Shown here: positions 16,502 through 26,780 of the stretch, one piece after another | Layout: the number at the start of each line of letters is the position of its first letter | Position numbering within the stretch: position 1 is the stretch's first letter | Sequence record: NC_041869.1 | From: Escherichia phage APECc02 | Strand: one strand, 5' to 3' | DNA: 64,000 bases | Position numbers and translations under genes: made by a program | The notes under the pieces: model-generated | Told to the model about the DNA's origin: nothing | Databases searched by the model: none | What the model saw: the letters and a program-made list of their open reading frames with translations, nothing else

Positions 16502-17623
16502 ACACAGTTCGAATGGGAGCAGATAGACTATCTGATGTCTCGTCTGCGATCTCAGTCAAAGTATCCATCAAGAATGGTTATCAGCTGTAACCCTGATTCA
16601 GAACACATGCTTGCCAAACTGGTTAGGTGGTGGTTGGACGATGAAGGGTATCCAGATCCGGAGAAATGTGGTAAGAAAAGGTATTTTATCAGGCGTGACG
16701 GTGAATTTATCTGGGGAGACTCTAAAGAGGAGTTGATAGAGAAATACACCACGGTTAACGGACTGGGTGTGGAGATCAAGCCAAGACCGTTGTCATTCTC
16801 GTTTATAGGCGCAACAATATTCGATAATCCTGTCTGCTTGAGAGACAACCCAGAATACCTTGCTTTCCTTGAAGGTCTGCCTGAGCTTGAAAAAGCCCAG
16901 CTTCTTCATGGTAACTGGTTTGCAAAGCCTGAGGGTGCAAACTATTTTCAAAGATCTTTCCTTCGTGATGCCGATAGAGTACCTCTTGGATCAGTGTCTT
17001 GCAGGGCATGGGATAAAGCAGGAACCGAGAGAACTTCCGGTAATAAATTTCCTGACTTTACCGCCAGTGTCAAGGTAAGTAAAGATAGCGACGGCTTTTA
17101 TTACCTGTCCGGGGATTATTGTCCTGAGAACGTGGATGACGGGAGGTATTCCACAGGTCTGGAAGGCAAGTTCTGTAAAAAGGCTGGTGAACGAGATGTG
17201 ATCATCAGGAAACAGGCGCAGTTTGATGGTGATGATTGTATAATCGTATTCTCTGTGGACCCCGGTCAGGCAGGTAAGAGTGAGTTCTTAACCTCCTCCA
17301 GATCCTTGCTTGCCGAAGGGTTTAGGGTTGAAGAAGACCCAATGCCTTCCAACAAATCTAAACTGACAAGGTTCTCACCTTTTGCCAATCTTGCCCAACA
17401 AGGAATGGTGAGGATTGTAAAATCCAGTTTCCATCCTGATACTCTGGAAGCATTTCTGACTGAACTTGAAAAATTCAACGGGGAAAGATCAACATTTAAC
17501 AGAAAAGACGACTGGGCCGACTGTGTAGCTTCTGCGATTAATTTCCTGGAGAAAGAGGAGGTAGCACTTCCTTGTGTGATTCCATCAATCTCATCACCTT
17601 CTATGTTCAAGCGTTTTATCTAA
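16502..17623 (+). CDS. terminase large subunit, exon 2 (rest of ATPase plus nuclease domain)
   Basis: Frame open from 16499; RMVISCNP motif right after the junction, C-terminal DDWADCVASAINFL typical of terminase nuclease domains; the first ATG is only at 16535. Confidence 0.75.
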   Translation, partial: TQFEWEQIDYLMSRLRSQSKYPSRMVISCNPDSEHMLAKLVRWWLDDEGYPDPEKCGKKRYFIRRDGEFIWGDSKEELIEKYTTVNGLGVEIKPRPLSFSFIGATIFDNPVCLRDNPEYLAFLEGLPELEKAQLLHGNWFAKPEGANYFQRSFLRDADRVPLGSVSCRAWDKAGTERTSGNKFPDFTASVKVSKDSDGFYYLSGDYCPENVDDGRYSTGLEGKFCKKAGERDVIIRKQAQFDGDDCIIVFSVDPGQAGKSEFLTSSRSLLAEGFRVEEDPMPSNKSKLTRFSPFANLAQQGMVRIVKSSFHPDTLEAFLTELEKFNGERSTFNRKDDWADCVASAINFLEKEEVALPCVIPSISSPSMFKRFI

Positions 17624-17672
17624 GTGTTGCCAATCTTAATTAGATGTGGTAGAATAGAGTAATCGGAGATAC

Positions 17673-17700
17673 TAGCCCTCTAACACGAGGGCTATTTTGT
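17673..17700 (+). terminator. possible terminator or attenuator hairpin
   Basis: Stem tagccctc/gagggcta with a 6-nt loop, then TTTTGTT; sits between terminase and portal. Confidence 0.4.
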
Positions 17701-17725
17701 TATACTGTTTTGAGGGGTAAAGCTT

Positions 17726-19282
17726 GTGTCCAAAAAGAACCGCAGGAAACACAACGCCACAGCCAAAACTGTGAATAAATCTGGGAACGCAGGCGCACCA
17801 ACTCATAATGTTCGTATGAGTGAGATCGGTTCTGGCGCACTTTCCCAAATTATGGCAGAATCGCAATCTATGATGGTTGAGGAATTGCGTTGGCCTCAGC
17901 TGATTGCCACCGTGGAGACTATGAAATGTGATTCCACAGTTGCTACTGCCTTAGATACAAAATATGTTTTCATCACGAAAGCATTCAATGATTTTAAGAT
18001 CCTCTATAATGTTAAAAGTGAAGACTCTAAGAAAGCTGCCGAGCTTATAGAGTATTCTTTGCGTAATTTGGCAAACCAACAAACTCTTCGAGATATTGCA
18101 AGAAGCGCAGCTACCTTTAACGAGTATGGTTTTTCACTGTTTGAGAAAGTATACCGCAGAGAGAAAGAAGGTAAATATGCCGGGATGCTTCTTATTGATA
18201 AAATTGCATTCCGACCTCAGGCCAGTTTGTCCAGATCAGAGCCGTTTGTCTTTGACAAGAATAGTAGAACACTGACAGGTATTTATCAATCACCTAATGC
18301 ATTTCTAAACACTCAGAATGCACGCTGGGCTGGACCTCTTGCTGCAATGCCTTCAAAAGGCTTTAATGAGCCTGAAATTTTCATCCCTGCTAAAAAGCTT
18401 ATGCTCATGACCCTGTCAGGAACAGAATCTAACCCTGCAGGTGTGTCACCGATGATAGGTTGCTACAGATCTTTCCGTGAGAAAGTTCTGATTGAAAACC
18501 TTGAGGTTGTTGGCTGTTCCAAAGACCTTGGTGGTGTGCTTGAGCTGAAAATTCCTTCCAATATTTTGAACAAGGCCAGCATTGACCCGAATTCAATGGA
18601 AGGGAGAATGGTTGCAGACCTTATGCTTGACGCAGCAAACGCCCATAGTGGTGAGCAAAGTTTCTTTATACTTCCGTCTGATAGAGATAAGTCTGGTAAA
18701 GAGCTTTACTCCATGACCCTGAAGGGGGTTGACGGTATGGGTAAGCAGTATTCCACTAAAGATTTGATTGATGCCCGTAAGAAGGCGATTCTTGACCGTT
18801 TCGGTGCTGGCTTTATTAACCTCGGTAACGATAACGTTGGATCCTTCTCTCTGTCTGAGTCAAAACAGTCTATCCATGGTCATTTTGTTCAGCGTGATAT
18901 AGATATTATCACTGAGGCCTTCAATAAAGATCTTATTCCACAGCTTCTGGCATTGAATGGTATCATCCTTGAAGATGATGATATGCCTAAACTGAAACCT
19001 GGTCTGATTGAAGAAGTGGATATGGAGAGCTTCTCCAAGTTTGTCCAGAGGATCGGTGCTGTAGGTTACTTGCCAAAAACTCCTGCAGTAATTAATAAGA
19101 TTCTTGAAGTTGGCGGGTTTGATGAAAGATTTGACGAGGACATGGATCAGGAAGAGCTGATGAAGCTCTTGGGCCAGGACATTAGTAGGGCTGGTGATGG
19201 AATGGCTGCAGGATCCACTGGCAACGGCACTTCTAAGATGTCATCAACCAGAGATAATTCCATATCCAACATGGAAAATTAA
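17726..19282 (+). CDS. putative portal protein
   Basis: 518 aa, GTG start with GAGGGG RBS; size and position directly after the terminase, acidic C-terminus. Positional call. Confidence 0.6.
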   Translation: MSKKNRRKHNATAKTVNKSGNAGAPTHNVRMSEIGSGALSQIMAESQSMMVEELRWPQLIATVETMKCDSTVATALDTKYVFITKAFNDFKILYNVKSEDSKKAAELIEYSLRNLANQQTLRDIARSAATFNEYGFSLFEKVYRREKEGKYAGMLLIDKIAFRPQASLSRSEPFVFDKNSRTLTGIYQSPNAFLNTQNARWAGPLAAMPSKGFNEPEIFIPAKKLMLMTLSGTESNPAGVSPMIGCYRSFREKVLIENLEVVGCSKDLGGVLELKIPSNILNKASIDPNSMEGRMVADLMLDAANAHSGEQSFFILPSDRDKSGKELYSMTLKGVDGMGKQYSTKDLIDARKKAILDRFGAGFINLGNDNVGSFSLSESKQSIHGHFVQRDIDIITEAFNKDLIPQLLALNGIILEDDDMPKLKPGLIEEVDMESFSKFVQRIGAVGYLPKTPAVINKILEVGGFDERFDEDMDQEELMKLLGQDISRAGDGMAAGSTGNGTSKMSSTRDNSISNMEN

Positions 19283-19349
19283 AAATTATCAACACAGGGG
19301 GTTGCAAAACCTCCTTTGGCGTGATAAAATAATCCACATGGGGAATAAG

Positions 19350-19769
19350 ATGCCACAGGAAGAAATGATTTCCTACGAAATCATCTACGAACCTGACACT
19401 AAAGATGCTCACGGTGAGTGGATGAGTAAAGACACCATCAAAAAGGCTAAAGATAACTGGGACGCAGCATACGCCGCAGGCCTAGTTTCTGAAAACCTTT
19501 TTCACTTGACCTCTACAGATGCTTTCACTATTGAAAAGACGTGGATTCAAGAAGAGTTTGATGTTGTAGTAATTGGCACTGAGCAGGTCATCAAGGCTGG
19601 CTCTTGGGTTGCTAAAGTTAAATACAATAATCCTGAATTATGGGAAGCTAAGAAGGCTGGCATTGTTGGTGGCCTAAGCATTCAGGCAACAGGTAATGTT
19701 GATGAAGAAACTGGTGAAATTACCAACGTAAACTTCGGGATCAGTGTTGTAGAAGAGGGCAATGAATAA
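19350..19769 (+). CDS. hypothetical head assembly protein (possible prohead protease)
   Basis: About 139 aa from the ATG at 19350 (GGGGA RBS); lies between portal and scaffold; no catalytic motif recognised. Confidence 0.35.
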   Translation: MPQEEMISYEIIYEPDTKDAHGEWMSKDTIKKAKDNWDAAYAAGLVSENLFHLTSTDAFTIEKTWIQEEFDVVVIGTEQVIKAGSWVAKVKYNNPELWEAKKAGIVGGLSIQATGNVDEETGEITNVNFGISVVEEGNE

Positions 19770-20746
19770 TGTCTGAAAAAACGATTACTATTAAAGAGAA
19801 GGGGATTGCCCTGTGCCATAAGGCGCAAGGCTATAGCGCTAACAACAGACCTGTATCTCTTTTGATGAAGAGTGATCTTAAGCCTGAGCAGTTAACAGAC
19901 GATATTGTTAAGGCACTTCGCCAAGTTACTGTGGAGCTTAGTTTTGAAGAATACCTGCGTCGTTTCTTCGATATGTGGTATGATGATGCTAAAGCACTTG
20001 CACACATGCTCGGTTTTGAGATTGAAGAGGAGGCTTGGGCTAAAGAGCATCCTGATTGGGAATGGGCGCAAGCTGACGCAGAGTCTTGTATTGCATGGCT
20101 GGAAGAGCGTTGTGATAACGTGACCATTCATAAAGCTGCAAAAGAAGGTAAGCAGCTTAGCGTGGTAGATCAGTACAGCCTGTTAAAAACACAACAGATT
20201 TTTGAACAAGTAACCGCTGATCTCTTCGATAAAGAAGGGAACCTGATCAAGGCGGTACAGGAACCCGCTGAGGTGGATAAAACTGCCGAGGTGGATGATG
20301 TTGCAAAATCCGCAAATACCGAGGAGAATCCGGTGGACGTAACCAAAACTAAAGAGTATCTGGATCTGCTGAAGCAAGTAGAAGAGCTGAAAGCAACCCA
20401 GAGTAAAGCTGAAGAAATCATCAAGGCCCAGGTTGAAGTTGAAAAAGCTAAAATGCTGACTAAGGCTCAAGCTTTAAGCTTTGTTGGTGAAGAAGATCAT
20501 GCAACCCTGGTTGACTTCATGCTGGAAAAAGCTAACGAACCTATCGTAGCTATGCTGGAGAAAGCTCAAGCAAAAATTGAAGAGCTGGAAGCAGAGGTGC
20601 ATAAAACCAAAGAAGAGTTTGCCACCACTGAACATGGTAATGATGGCGAACCTGTTGTGGATGATATTGCGAAATCCGCAGAAGAAATTCTTGCTGAAAA
20701 CGTTGCAAAAGCACTTGCTCGTGCACGTGCAGAATCTACCAAATAA
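19769..20746 (+). CDS. putative scaffolding protein
   Basis: 325 aa, highly acidic with long Glu/Lys/Ala-rich helical stretches, immediately upstream of decoration and capsid genes. Confidence 0.6.
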   Translation: MSEKTITIKEKGIALCHKAQGYSANNRPVSLLMKSDLKPEQLTDDIVKALRQVTVELSFEEYLRRFFDMWYDDAKALAHMLGFEIEEEAWAKEHPDWEWAQADAESCIAWLEERCDNVTIHKAAKEGKQLSVVDQYSLLKTQQIFEQVTADLFDKEGNLIKAVQEPAEVDKTAEVDDVAKSANTEENPVDVTKTKEYLDLLKQVEELKATQSKAEEIIKAQVEVEKAKMLTKAQALSFVGEEDHATLVDFMLEKANEPIVAMLEKAQAKIEELEAEVHKTKEEFATTEHGNDGEPVVDDIAKSAEEILAENVAKALARARAESTK

Positions 20747-20765
20747 GACATTAACGGGGAAATAA

Positions 20766-21155
20766 ATGATTACCGCTCAATATTCTGATATCGTGCTCGG
20801 CAAAGTTGATTCTAGCGATGCTGGCTACAATTTTAAAGAGATGGAAATTACACTGACAGAGCACCATCATGCTGGTACTGTTGTAACAGAAACTGGCACT
20901 ATCGCTAACGATGATGGCTCAGACGTTTATGGTGTTCTTGTAGACCGAGCTCTGGTAAAAGATGCAGGAAAAGTTCATCTCGCTGAGCCTCTGCAAACAG
21001 GTCAGAAATATAAACTGGTTGTTGCAGTTCACGGTGTTACCTTTGCAAAAGATAAGCTGCTAGGGTCTAACGGTGAAGCAGCTAAGCAGGCTGTTCTTGA
21101 AAAGCTGGAAGCTCTGGGTAACAAAGTTCACGTCCAGACTCTTGGTGAAGAGTAA
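20766..21155 (+). CDS. putative head decoration protein
   Basis: 129 aa, directly upstream of the major capsid gene (lambda D/E-like arrangement). Positional. Confidence 0.4.
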   Translation: MITAQYSDIVLGKVDSSDAGYNFKEMEITLTEHHHAGTVVTETGTIANDDGSDVYGVLVDRALVKDAGKVHLAEPLQTGQKYKLVVAVHGVTFAKDKLLGSNGEAAKQAVLEKLEALGNKVHVQTLGEE

Positions 21156-21203
21156 GCCCTAAATTGTTCGGGAAAATATTTAAGTTTTACTTTGGAGAAA
21201 TAA

Positions 21204-22211
21204 ATGATTACTCGTAAAGATGAATTTGGCATTGTTGATTTAGGTGCTACTCTGGACCTTGTTCCGCGTCAATTCCGACTGATTACTGGTATGGATCTGT
21301 TCGAAACCCGTCTCGGCACCTCAACAATTGCTCAGATTGAGCGTGTTGATGAAGTTGTAACCGACATTCCGGCACGCCGTCGTGGTGGTGAGCGTAACTA
21401 CGTTGGTAGTGAACGTGCTCAGGTTAAAAACCTGAACATCCCGTTCTTCCCTCTGGACAAAGGCATCACCGCAGCAGATGTTCAGAACTTCCGTCGTTAC
21501 TTCACCCCTGATGCTCCGAAAACTGTTCAGGACGTAGTAACCCGCGTTGTTCGCCGTATCCGTGTTTCTCATGAAGCACTGCGTGAGAAAGCGCTGTTCC
21601 AGGCTATTCTGGGTAAATCCTATGCACCTGGTGACACAACCTGTCAGTATGACTACTACACTCTGTGGGGTGTGTCTCAGAAGTCTGTTGAGATTGACCC
21701 TGCAAAAGCAGATCAGGATCCGATGGAGGTTCTGGAAGAAGCTCGTCTGCACATCGCGCTGCAAGCTGGCGATAACGCAGCTGGCTATCGTATTGTAGCC
21801 CTGTGCTCACCAGAGTTCTTCAGTGCTATTACCCATCACCCTCTGGTAGAACTGGCATACACCTATTACGGCTCTGCTCAGGAACCTCTGCGTCGCCGTC
21901 TGGGTGCTGGCGGTCAAGACAGCGTATACCGTGTGTTTGAGCATAAAGGTATCACCTTTATCGAAGATATCTCTGGCAATATTCCTAAGAAAGAAGCTCG
22001 CATTCTGCCGATGGGTATTGATCAGATGTTCCAGCTGCACTTTGCTCCGGCAGACGATGTTAACGAAGCAAACACTCCAGCACAGGAACTGTACATGTGG
22101 TATAAACACTCTGCATACCTGCGTGAAGAGAAGATTGAATCTGAAACTTCCATGCTGGCAGTTAACACCCGCCCAGAGCTGGTTGTTAAAGTAACTCTGA
22201 AAAGTGAATAA
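21204..22211 (+). CDS. major capsid protein
   Basis: 335 aa; strongly biased high-expression codon usage (ctg, cgt, ggt), follows the scaffold, ends at a strong terminator. Confidence 0.7.
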   Translation: MITRKDEFGIVDLGATLDLVPRQFRLITGMDLFETRLGTSTIAQIERVDEVVTDIPARRRGGERNYVGSERAQVKNLNIPFFPLDKGITAADVQNFRRYFTPDAPKTVQDVVTRVVRRIRVSHEALREKALFQAILGKSYAPGDTTCQYDYYTLWGVSQKSVEIDPAKADQDPMEVLEEARLHIALQAGDNAAGYRIVALCSPEFFSAITHHPLVELAYTYYGSAQEPLRRRLGAGGQDSVYRVFEHKGITFIEDISGNIPKKEARILPMGIDQMFQLHFAPADDVNEANTPAQELYMWYKHSAYLREEKIESETSMLAVNTRPELVVKVTLKSE

Positions 22212-22236
22212 TCACTAAGGTGATTCATCCCATATG

Positions 22237-22266
22237 GGGAGGGGGTTCTCCCCTCCCCTTTTTATT
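22237..22266 (+). terminator. rho-independent terminator
   Basis: ggggaggggg-ttct-cccctcccc stem-loop followed by a T run. Confidence 0.8.
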
Positions 22267-22290
22267 TATTAGGGTTTACCAGGAGTGTCC

Positions 22291-23137
22291 CGTGAAGAGA
22301 GCTGTATATCCAGTTGAGTATGATCCTCTATTAAGAGTTTTCAACAATCAGTTAAGTTTTTATCAATTTTTAGCACAATATAATCCAGAAATCAATGTTG
22401 GTTTATCAGCCCTGCTGCCACCAACAGAATTCGTTATCGGCAGTGTTCACTATCCATGTAGAACGATTGTAGACTTCTTCGAGAAGATTGCAAAACATAC
22501 AGGCCTGCCAATTGATACTGGTATTTCAACTATCCGTATGGGTGTTATTCTTCTGTTCTTCACAGAGAACCTTGATGAAAGCACTTTAACACTGCAAAGC
22601 GGGGATGTCAATATCACACTCACCCCGTCAGTGTTTAAAGAGGTAGATGCGGCTTTCCAAGTTTCCGTGGCAGAGGGCCATCTATGGGACCCTGTAGGGA
22701 TGCCTAAAAAAGTGACCATAAACGATGAGCAATGCAACATTGTTTATGAAGAAGATACCCAAACTTTCACCATTGAGTGGCCTAAGAAACGTTCTCAGGT
22801 TGTAAATCTTGGGCTGGTTTCTACGATAGCTCCACCGCCTGAACCAGAGCCTGAGCCGCCTGTAGGCCCTACTGAACCCAGTGGTGACGGTGAAGAATCT
22901 CCAGATCCGGCTGCACCGGAAGGCACTGAGCAGGATCCTGAACAGGCACAAGAATCAAGATCTTCTCGCAGTGATGTTGATGCCCTACTACAGCAGGCCG
23001 CAGCTCTTAACAACGAAGATGACAAAAGTGGTTCAAAAGATGCACTCCAAACCTTCGCCAAAGAGTACGGTGTTACCTTAAGTAAGGCAAAAACTTTCCA
23101 AAATATGATGAAAGATTTTGAGGCTGCACTGGCATAA
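22291..23137 (+). CDS. hypothetical structural protein with Pro/Glu-rich low-complexity segment
   Basis: GTG start at 22291 with AGGAG RBS; contains APPPEPEPEPPVGPTEPSGDGEESPDPAAPEG. Confidence 0.45.
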
Positions 23138-23147
23138 TTTTGTTAAG

Positions 23148-23180
23148 GCCCCTTCCAAATCAGGAATGGGGCTTTATTTT
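23148..23180 (+). terminator. putative terminator
   Basis: gcccc/ggggc stem followed by TTTATTTT. Confidence 0.5.
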
Positions 23181-23196
23181 TACGAGGTATTTTCAA

Positions 23197-23817
23197 ATGG
23201 CATGGTATGAAGATGAAGAGATTATCACGTCCCCGCCTAACCATGATGGTGTAGTTGATACCCCAGAAGAACCACCAAAAGAAGATCCTGTACCTCCGGA
23301 ACCTGATCCAGACCAACCTCTTATTAATATTATGAGGTTGTTGCTTGGCAATGTTGATGAGGAAACCCTCCCTGACGAGGTAATTAAAACATTCCTTGAC
23401 ATGGAGAAGCTGAAACTAAATTATCCGGCAGACCCTGATAAGCTACCTCTGCTTAAGTACAATGTGCTTGTGCAGCTTGTGCGGTGGCTGATGATGCAGG
23501 AAGTGTCCAGCGGTAATGCAAGTATAACTTCCCGTCTGGAAAAAATAGGTGATGAGACCATAGAGATTCGTGGTGGATCTTCCTACGCCCAATGGAAAGA
23601 CTTTCTTGATTGGCTGCTGGCACACCCTGACTATGTAGATTCTGAGCTGGATGCTTACAGCAGAATGATTATCATTGGTGGTGTTCGTGTAGACGAAGGA
23701 ATTCGGGTTAAATTTAATGAAAACAGCAACGGACCGTTCGATGTCCAGGGGATTACACCTATCAGTGGTCTAAATAACCAACCTCCTCGCCACCCAAGAC
23801 GCAAACGCAGTTTTTAA
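23197..23817 (+). CDS. hypothetical structural protein with Pro/Glu/Asp-rich N-terminal linker
   Basis: ATG at 23197 (GAGG RBS); PPNHDGVVDTPEEPPKEDPVPPEPDPDQP segment. Confidence 0.45.
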   Translation: MAWYEDEEIITSPPNHDGVVDTPEEPPKEDPVPPEPDPDQPLINIMRLLLGNVDEETLPDEVIKTFLDMEKLKLNYPADPDKLPLLKYNVLVQLVRWLMMQEVSSGNASITSRLEKIGDETIEIRGGSSYAQWKDFLDWLLAHPDYVDSELDAYSRMIIIGGVRVDEGIRVKFNENSNGPFDVQGITPISGLNNQPPRHPRRKRSF

Positions 23818-23823
23818 AAATTG

Positions 23824-23852
23824 TTGCTTTTGATGTATCTTTGTGGTAAAAT
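23824..23852 (+). promoter_or_regulatory. putative promoter (TTGCTT-N17-TAAAAT, TGG upstream of -10)
   Basis: Shares the tggtaaaata -10 context seen at several other intergenic sites. Confidence 0.45.
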
Positions 23853-23870
23853 ACATTAGTGAGGGATATA

Positions 23871-24329
23871 ATGCTAAAGGTTAAATGTCAAACAAGGTTC
23901 AACCTAAAGCGCTTAGATCGCTTCTACAAAGACCTTGTGAGACTTGAAAGTAAAACAATAACCTACGGCTTTTATGACGAACCTCACCCGTCAGGCTTAA
24001 ATATGGCAACATTGGCAGCCATTCACAACTTCGGTTGGAACGGGCTGCCTGTTCGCAATTTCATGGAGACAGCCTTTGCATTTCATAGTGCTCAACTGCA
24101 GACTTTGACAGAAAAATTGTTGAGAGCTATGGCTAGAGGATCAAGTGCAGAGGCTATTCTTAAGCAGATGGGGGACACAGGGGCCAAAGCTATCCAGTTT
24201 GTTATTGAGGCTGGGCAGTTTAGTAATCCTACTGTTAGTGAGCAGTGGGCACAAGAAAAGGGCTTCAACGAGGCTATGCGGCATTACGATGTGCTGCTTG
24301 AATCTGCAACCTTTAAAATCGGACAGTAA
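23871..24329 (+). CDS. hypothetical protein (head-tail region)
   Basis: ATG at 23871 with GAGGGA RBS; about 152 aa. Confidence 0.45.
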   Translation: MLKVKCQTRFNLKRLDRFYKDLVRLESKTITYGFYDEPHPSGLNMATLAAIHNFGWNGLPVRNFMETAFAFHSAQLQTLTEKLLRAMARGSSAEAILKQMGDTGAKAIQFVIEAGQFSNPTVSEQWAQEKGFNEAMRHYDVLLESATFKIGQ

Positions 24330-24344
24330 AAATAAGGGGGTTGA

Positions 24345-24770
24345 GTGGCAGCAGGTTATAAGCTGATAGGAAAGAACAGACTAATACCTCGTAAAACATT
24401 CAAAGGTCGCCACAGAGTGTATAACAAAACAGTTGGTGGCCCTTTTGCCAACGAGGGGTTAGAACTTGAGTATGAAGAGTTCGATGTCTTAGAGTGCGTT
24501 GTGCAGCCGTTGACAGGAAGGGCAGCTAAAGATTACTCCTCTCAAATAAACCCTGAAGGTGACAGACAGTACGAGGCTTTTACAGTTTACTCCTCAACCA
24601 AGTTGTATAGTCCGGATGAAGGAACATATGCAATGGCTGACCAAATTCAGCTGCCCGACATCCGTGGTGACTTGAAATGGTTTACTGTTTTAAAATGCGA
24701 TGCATATGTTACCTCTGGTGGTGGGAGATATAGATTTTTTGTGGTAGAAGAGCCTGAAGGAGAAAACTGA
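24345..24770 (+). CDS. hypothetical protein (head-tail region)
   Basis: 141-aa ORF; stop overlaps the next start. Confidence 0.45.
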   Translation: MAAGYKLIGKNRLIPRKTFKGRHRVYNKTVGGPFANEGLELEYEEFDVLECVVQPLTGRAAKDYSSQINPEGDRQYEAFTVYSSTKLYSPDEGTYAMADQIQLPDIRGDLKWFTVLKCDAYVTSGGGRYRFFVVEEPEGEN

Positions 24771-25321
24771 TGGAAGCTTTCGAAAAAGTTTTTTCTGATC
24801 TTGAAACAACCATTGCTAAGCTCGTCAAGGTTGCCACAGGAAGAACTGTAGTTCTGGCAGAAAGCTTTACCATACCTAAGCCGGAAGGTGAGTTTGTACT
24901 TTTACAAACCTTGGCGATCAATCCAACCACTTGGGAAGATAATGAGTTTCAAGACGCGGAGGGTAATGCCTACGTCACCCACAGTTACACTGTTACTTAT
25001 CTGTTAACAGCTTATCGTGGCAGGGCATATGCTGCACTTAGCAGAGTATTGCAAGCAATAAACCTTCCGATGTTTTATGACAAGTATTTCCCTCTGGGAT
25101 CGTGCTTTGCCTACTCTAACAATTCAACAATCTCACCTCAAAGAGTGCCGTTGAATAAGCAGACGTATGAAAATAGAGCCACTGTGATGCTGACATTTAA
25201 CGTAAGGTTTGTTGAAACAGACATTGGGGCTTTTGAGGATCTTCAGGGAATTAAGGCTGAAATAACCACACACTTCCCTTCACCCAATTCTGGTAAAGCG
25301 GTTACAGACAGTGGTCAGTAA
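24770..25321 (+). CDS. hypothetical protein (head-tail region)
   Basis: 183-aa ORF between capsid and tail genes. Confidence 0.45.
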   Translation: MEAFEKVFSDLETTIAKLVKVATGRTVVLAESFTIPKPEGEFVLLQTLAINPTTWEDNEFQDAEGNAYVTHSYTVTYLLTAYRGRAYAALSRVLQAINLPMFYDKYFPLGSCFAYSNNSTISPQRVPLNKQTYENRATVMLTFNVRFVETDIGAFEDLQGIKAEITTHFPSPNSGKAVTDSGQ

Positions 25322-25393
25322 TCGTTATAATTGTGTAGTGTAATGATTACACTGCGTGTTTGATATCCGTGCACAGATATTAAGAGGAAACAA

Positions 25394-26770
25394 ATGCCAT
25401 ATTTAGATAAAGTGGTAGATGTTACAGTTAACCTCGGAACCCAGCCTATTGACACTGTAGGTTTCGAAACTCCCCTGTTCATCGCTATCCACAACAACTT
25501 TACTGAGCGAGCTCGCGTATACGCTGAGCTGGATCAGATGGTGGAAGATGGTTTCGCACAAGGCTCTGCAGCGTATGAGTTTGCAGCAAAAGCTTTTGGT
25601 GGTGTATTCCCTCCACAATACGTTATGATCGGCAGACAGGCCAAAGAAAAGACCACTGTAGATTTTAAAGGTATTGCTGCCGCAGCTGATACCGATGTCG
25701 TAATGACTATTGCAAAAGGTAGCTACAATACTTCTTTGATAGTGCCTATCTCTGGTGGAACAGGTGCAACTCAGATTGCAGAGTCAATGAAGACTAAAAT
25801 TGAAGCAGATGATAGCTTGAACGATATCACTGTAGAGGCTGCTGAAGGTGTTCTCACCATCACGGGTGATTGTACTGTTGGTTATCATACTGGCAACTAT
25901 ACAATCAAAAATATCGCCAATGCTGAAAAACCTTCTACAGTAGTTGATAAGATCAATGCTGAGCGTGACAATTGGTACTTCCTGTGCCATGAAGACCACA
26001 CCGACATTGAAGCATGTGCTAAGTGGGCTCAGGCTAACTACAAGCTGCATGTCTACTCTACTGCAGAAGATGTGACTGGTAAAGATAATAACATCGCCAC
26101 CAAACTGATGGCTGCACAATATGACAGTGTTGGCATGTACGATCCTCGTGCTGATAAAGATTTTCCAGAGGGTGGTATCGTAGGCGCTATGGCATCCAAC
26201 GATCCGTCTTACGGTGACAGCTTGCACTTAAAACAGATGCCGGGTGTGATTGCACCATCTCTGACTTTAACTCAGCGTATGGCGATTTGGGAAAACCACG
26301 TTAACTTCTACAGGATGATTAACGGTGTCGGTGCTTTCTGGGAAGGCAAGTGTGCTTCAGGTCAGTATGCAGACGCTATTCGTTTTGCACACTGGATCAA
26401 GTTCAGATCTGAAGAATCCATGTTTGGGTACATGCATCGTCGCTCCAATATGGGTTTAAGCATGAAGATGTCTGATGATGATCTTCCGGTTATCAAGTCT
26501 GTCCTGATGAACAACCCAATCAACACTGGCATTAAGAATGGTGCGATCCTGACAGGTTTCGACGAAGACAATAATGTATTCTACGACCCGATCATCACAG
26601 TTCCTAAACGTGCAGAAATCCCAACCAATCAGTTGGCTGCTCGTGTTCTGGAAGGTGTGAAAGTAGAACTGGTGTATAACAACGCCCTGCACTTCGTTCG
26701 TATCCGGATCAATGTCCTTCTGGACAAAGTTGGTTCTAAATCCACCAATGCTGTTGCAATGACTGAATAA
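25394..26770 (+). CDS. putative tail sheath protein (alternative: large major tail protein)
   Basis: 458 aa, followed by a 157-aa tube-sized gene, a strong terminator, the chaperone pair and the tape measure gene. Order-based. Confidence 0.5.
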   Translation: MPYLDKVVDVTVNLGTQPIDTVGFETPLFIAIHNNFTERARVYAELDQMVEDGFAQGSAAYEFAAKAFGGVFPPQYVMIGRQAKEKTTVDFKGIAAAADTDVVMTIAKGSYNTSLIVPISGGTGATQIAESMKTKIEADDSLNDITVEAAEGVLTITGDCTVGYHTGNYTIKNIANAEKPSTVVDKINAERDNWYFLCHEDHTDIEACAKWAQANYKLHVYSTAEDVTGKDNNIATKLMAAQYDSVGMYDPRADKDFPEGGIVGAMASNDPSYGDSLHLKQMPGVIAPSLTLTQRMAIWENHVNFYRMINGVGAFWEGKCASGQYADAIRFAHWIKFRSEESMFGYMHRRSNMGLSMKMSDDDLPVIKSVLMNNPINTGIKNGAILTGFDEDNNVFYDPIITVPKRAEIPTNQLAARVLEGVKVELVYNNALHFVRIRINVLLDKVGSKSTNAVAMTE

Positions 26771-26780
26771 GGAAGCCTAG

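Noticed and set aside
25394-26770. Alternative reading of the 458-aa protein as a siphovirus-type large major tail protein rather than a sheath
   Set aside because: Not fully rejected. The sheath call is preferred because a tube-sized 157-aa gene follows before the chaperone and tape measure genes, but no sheath-specific motif was confirmed.
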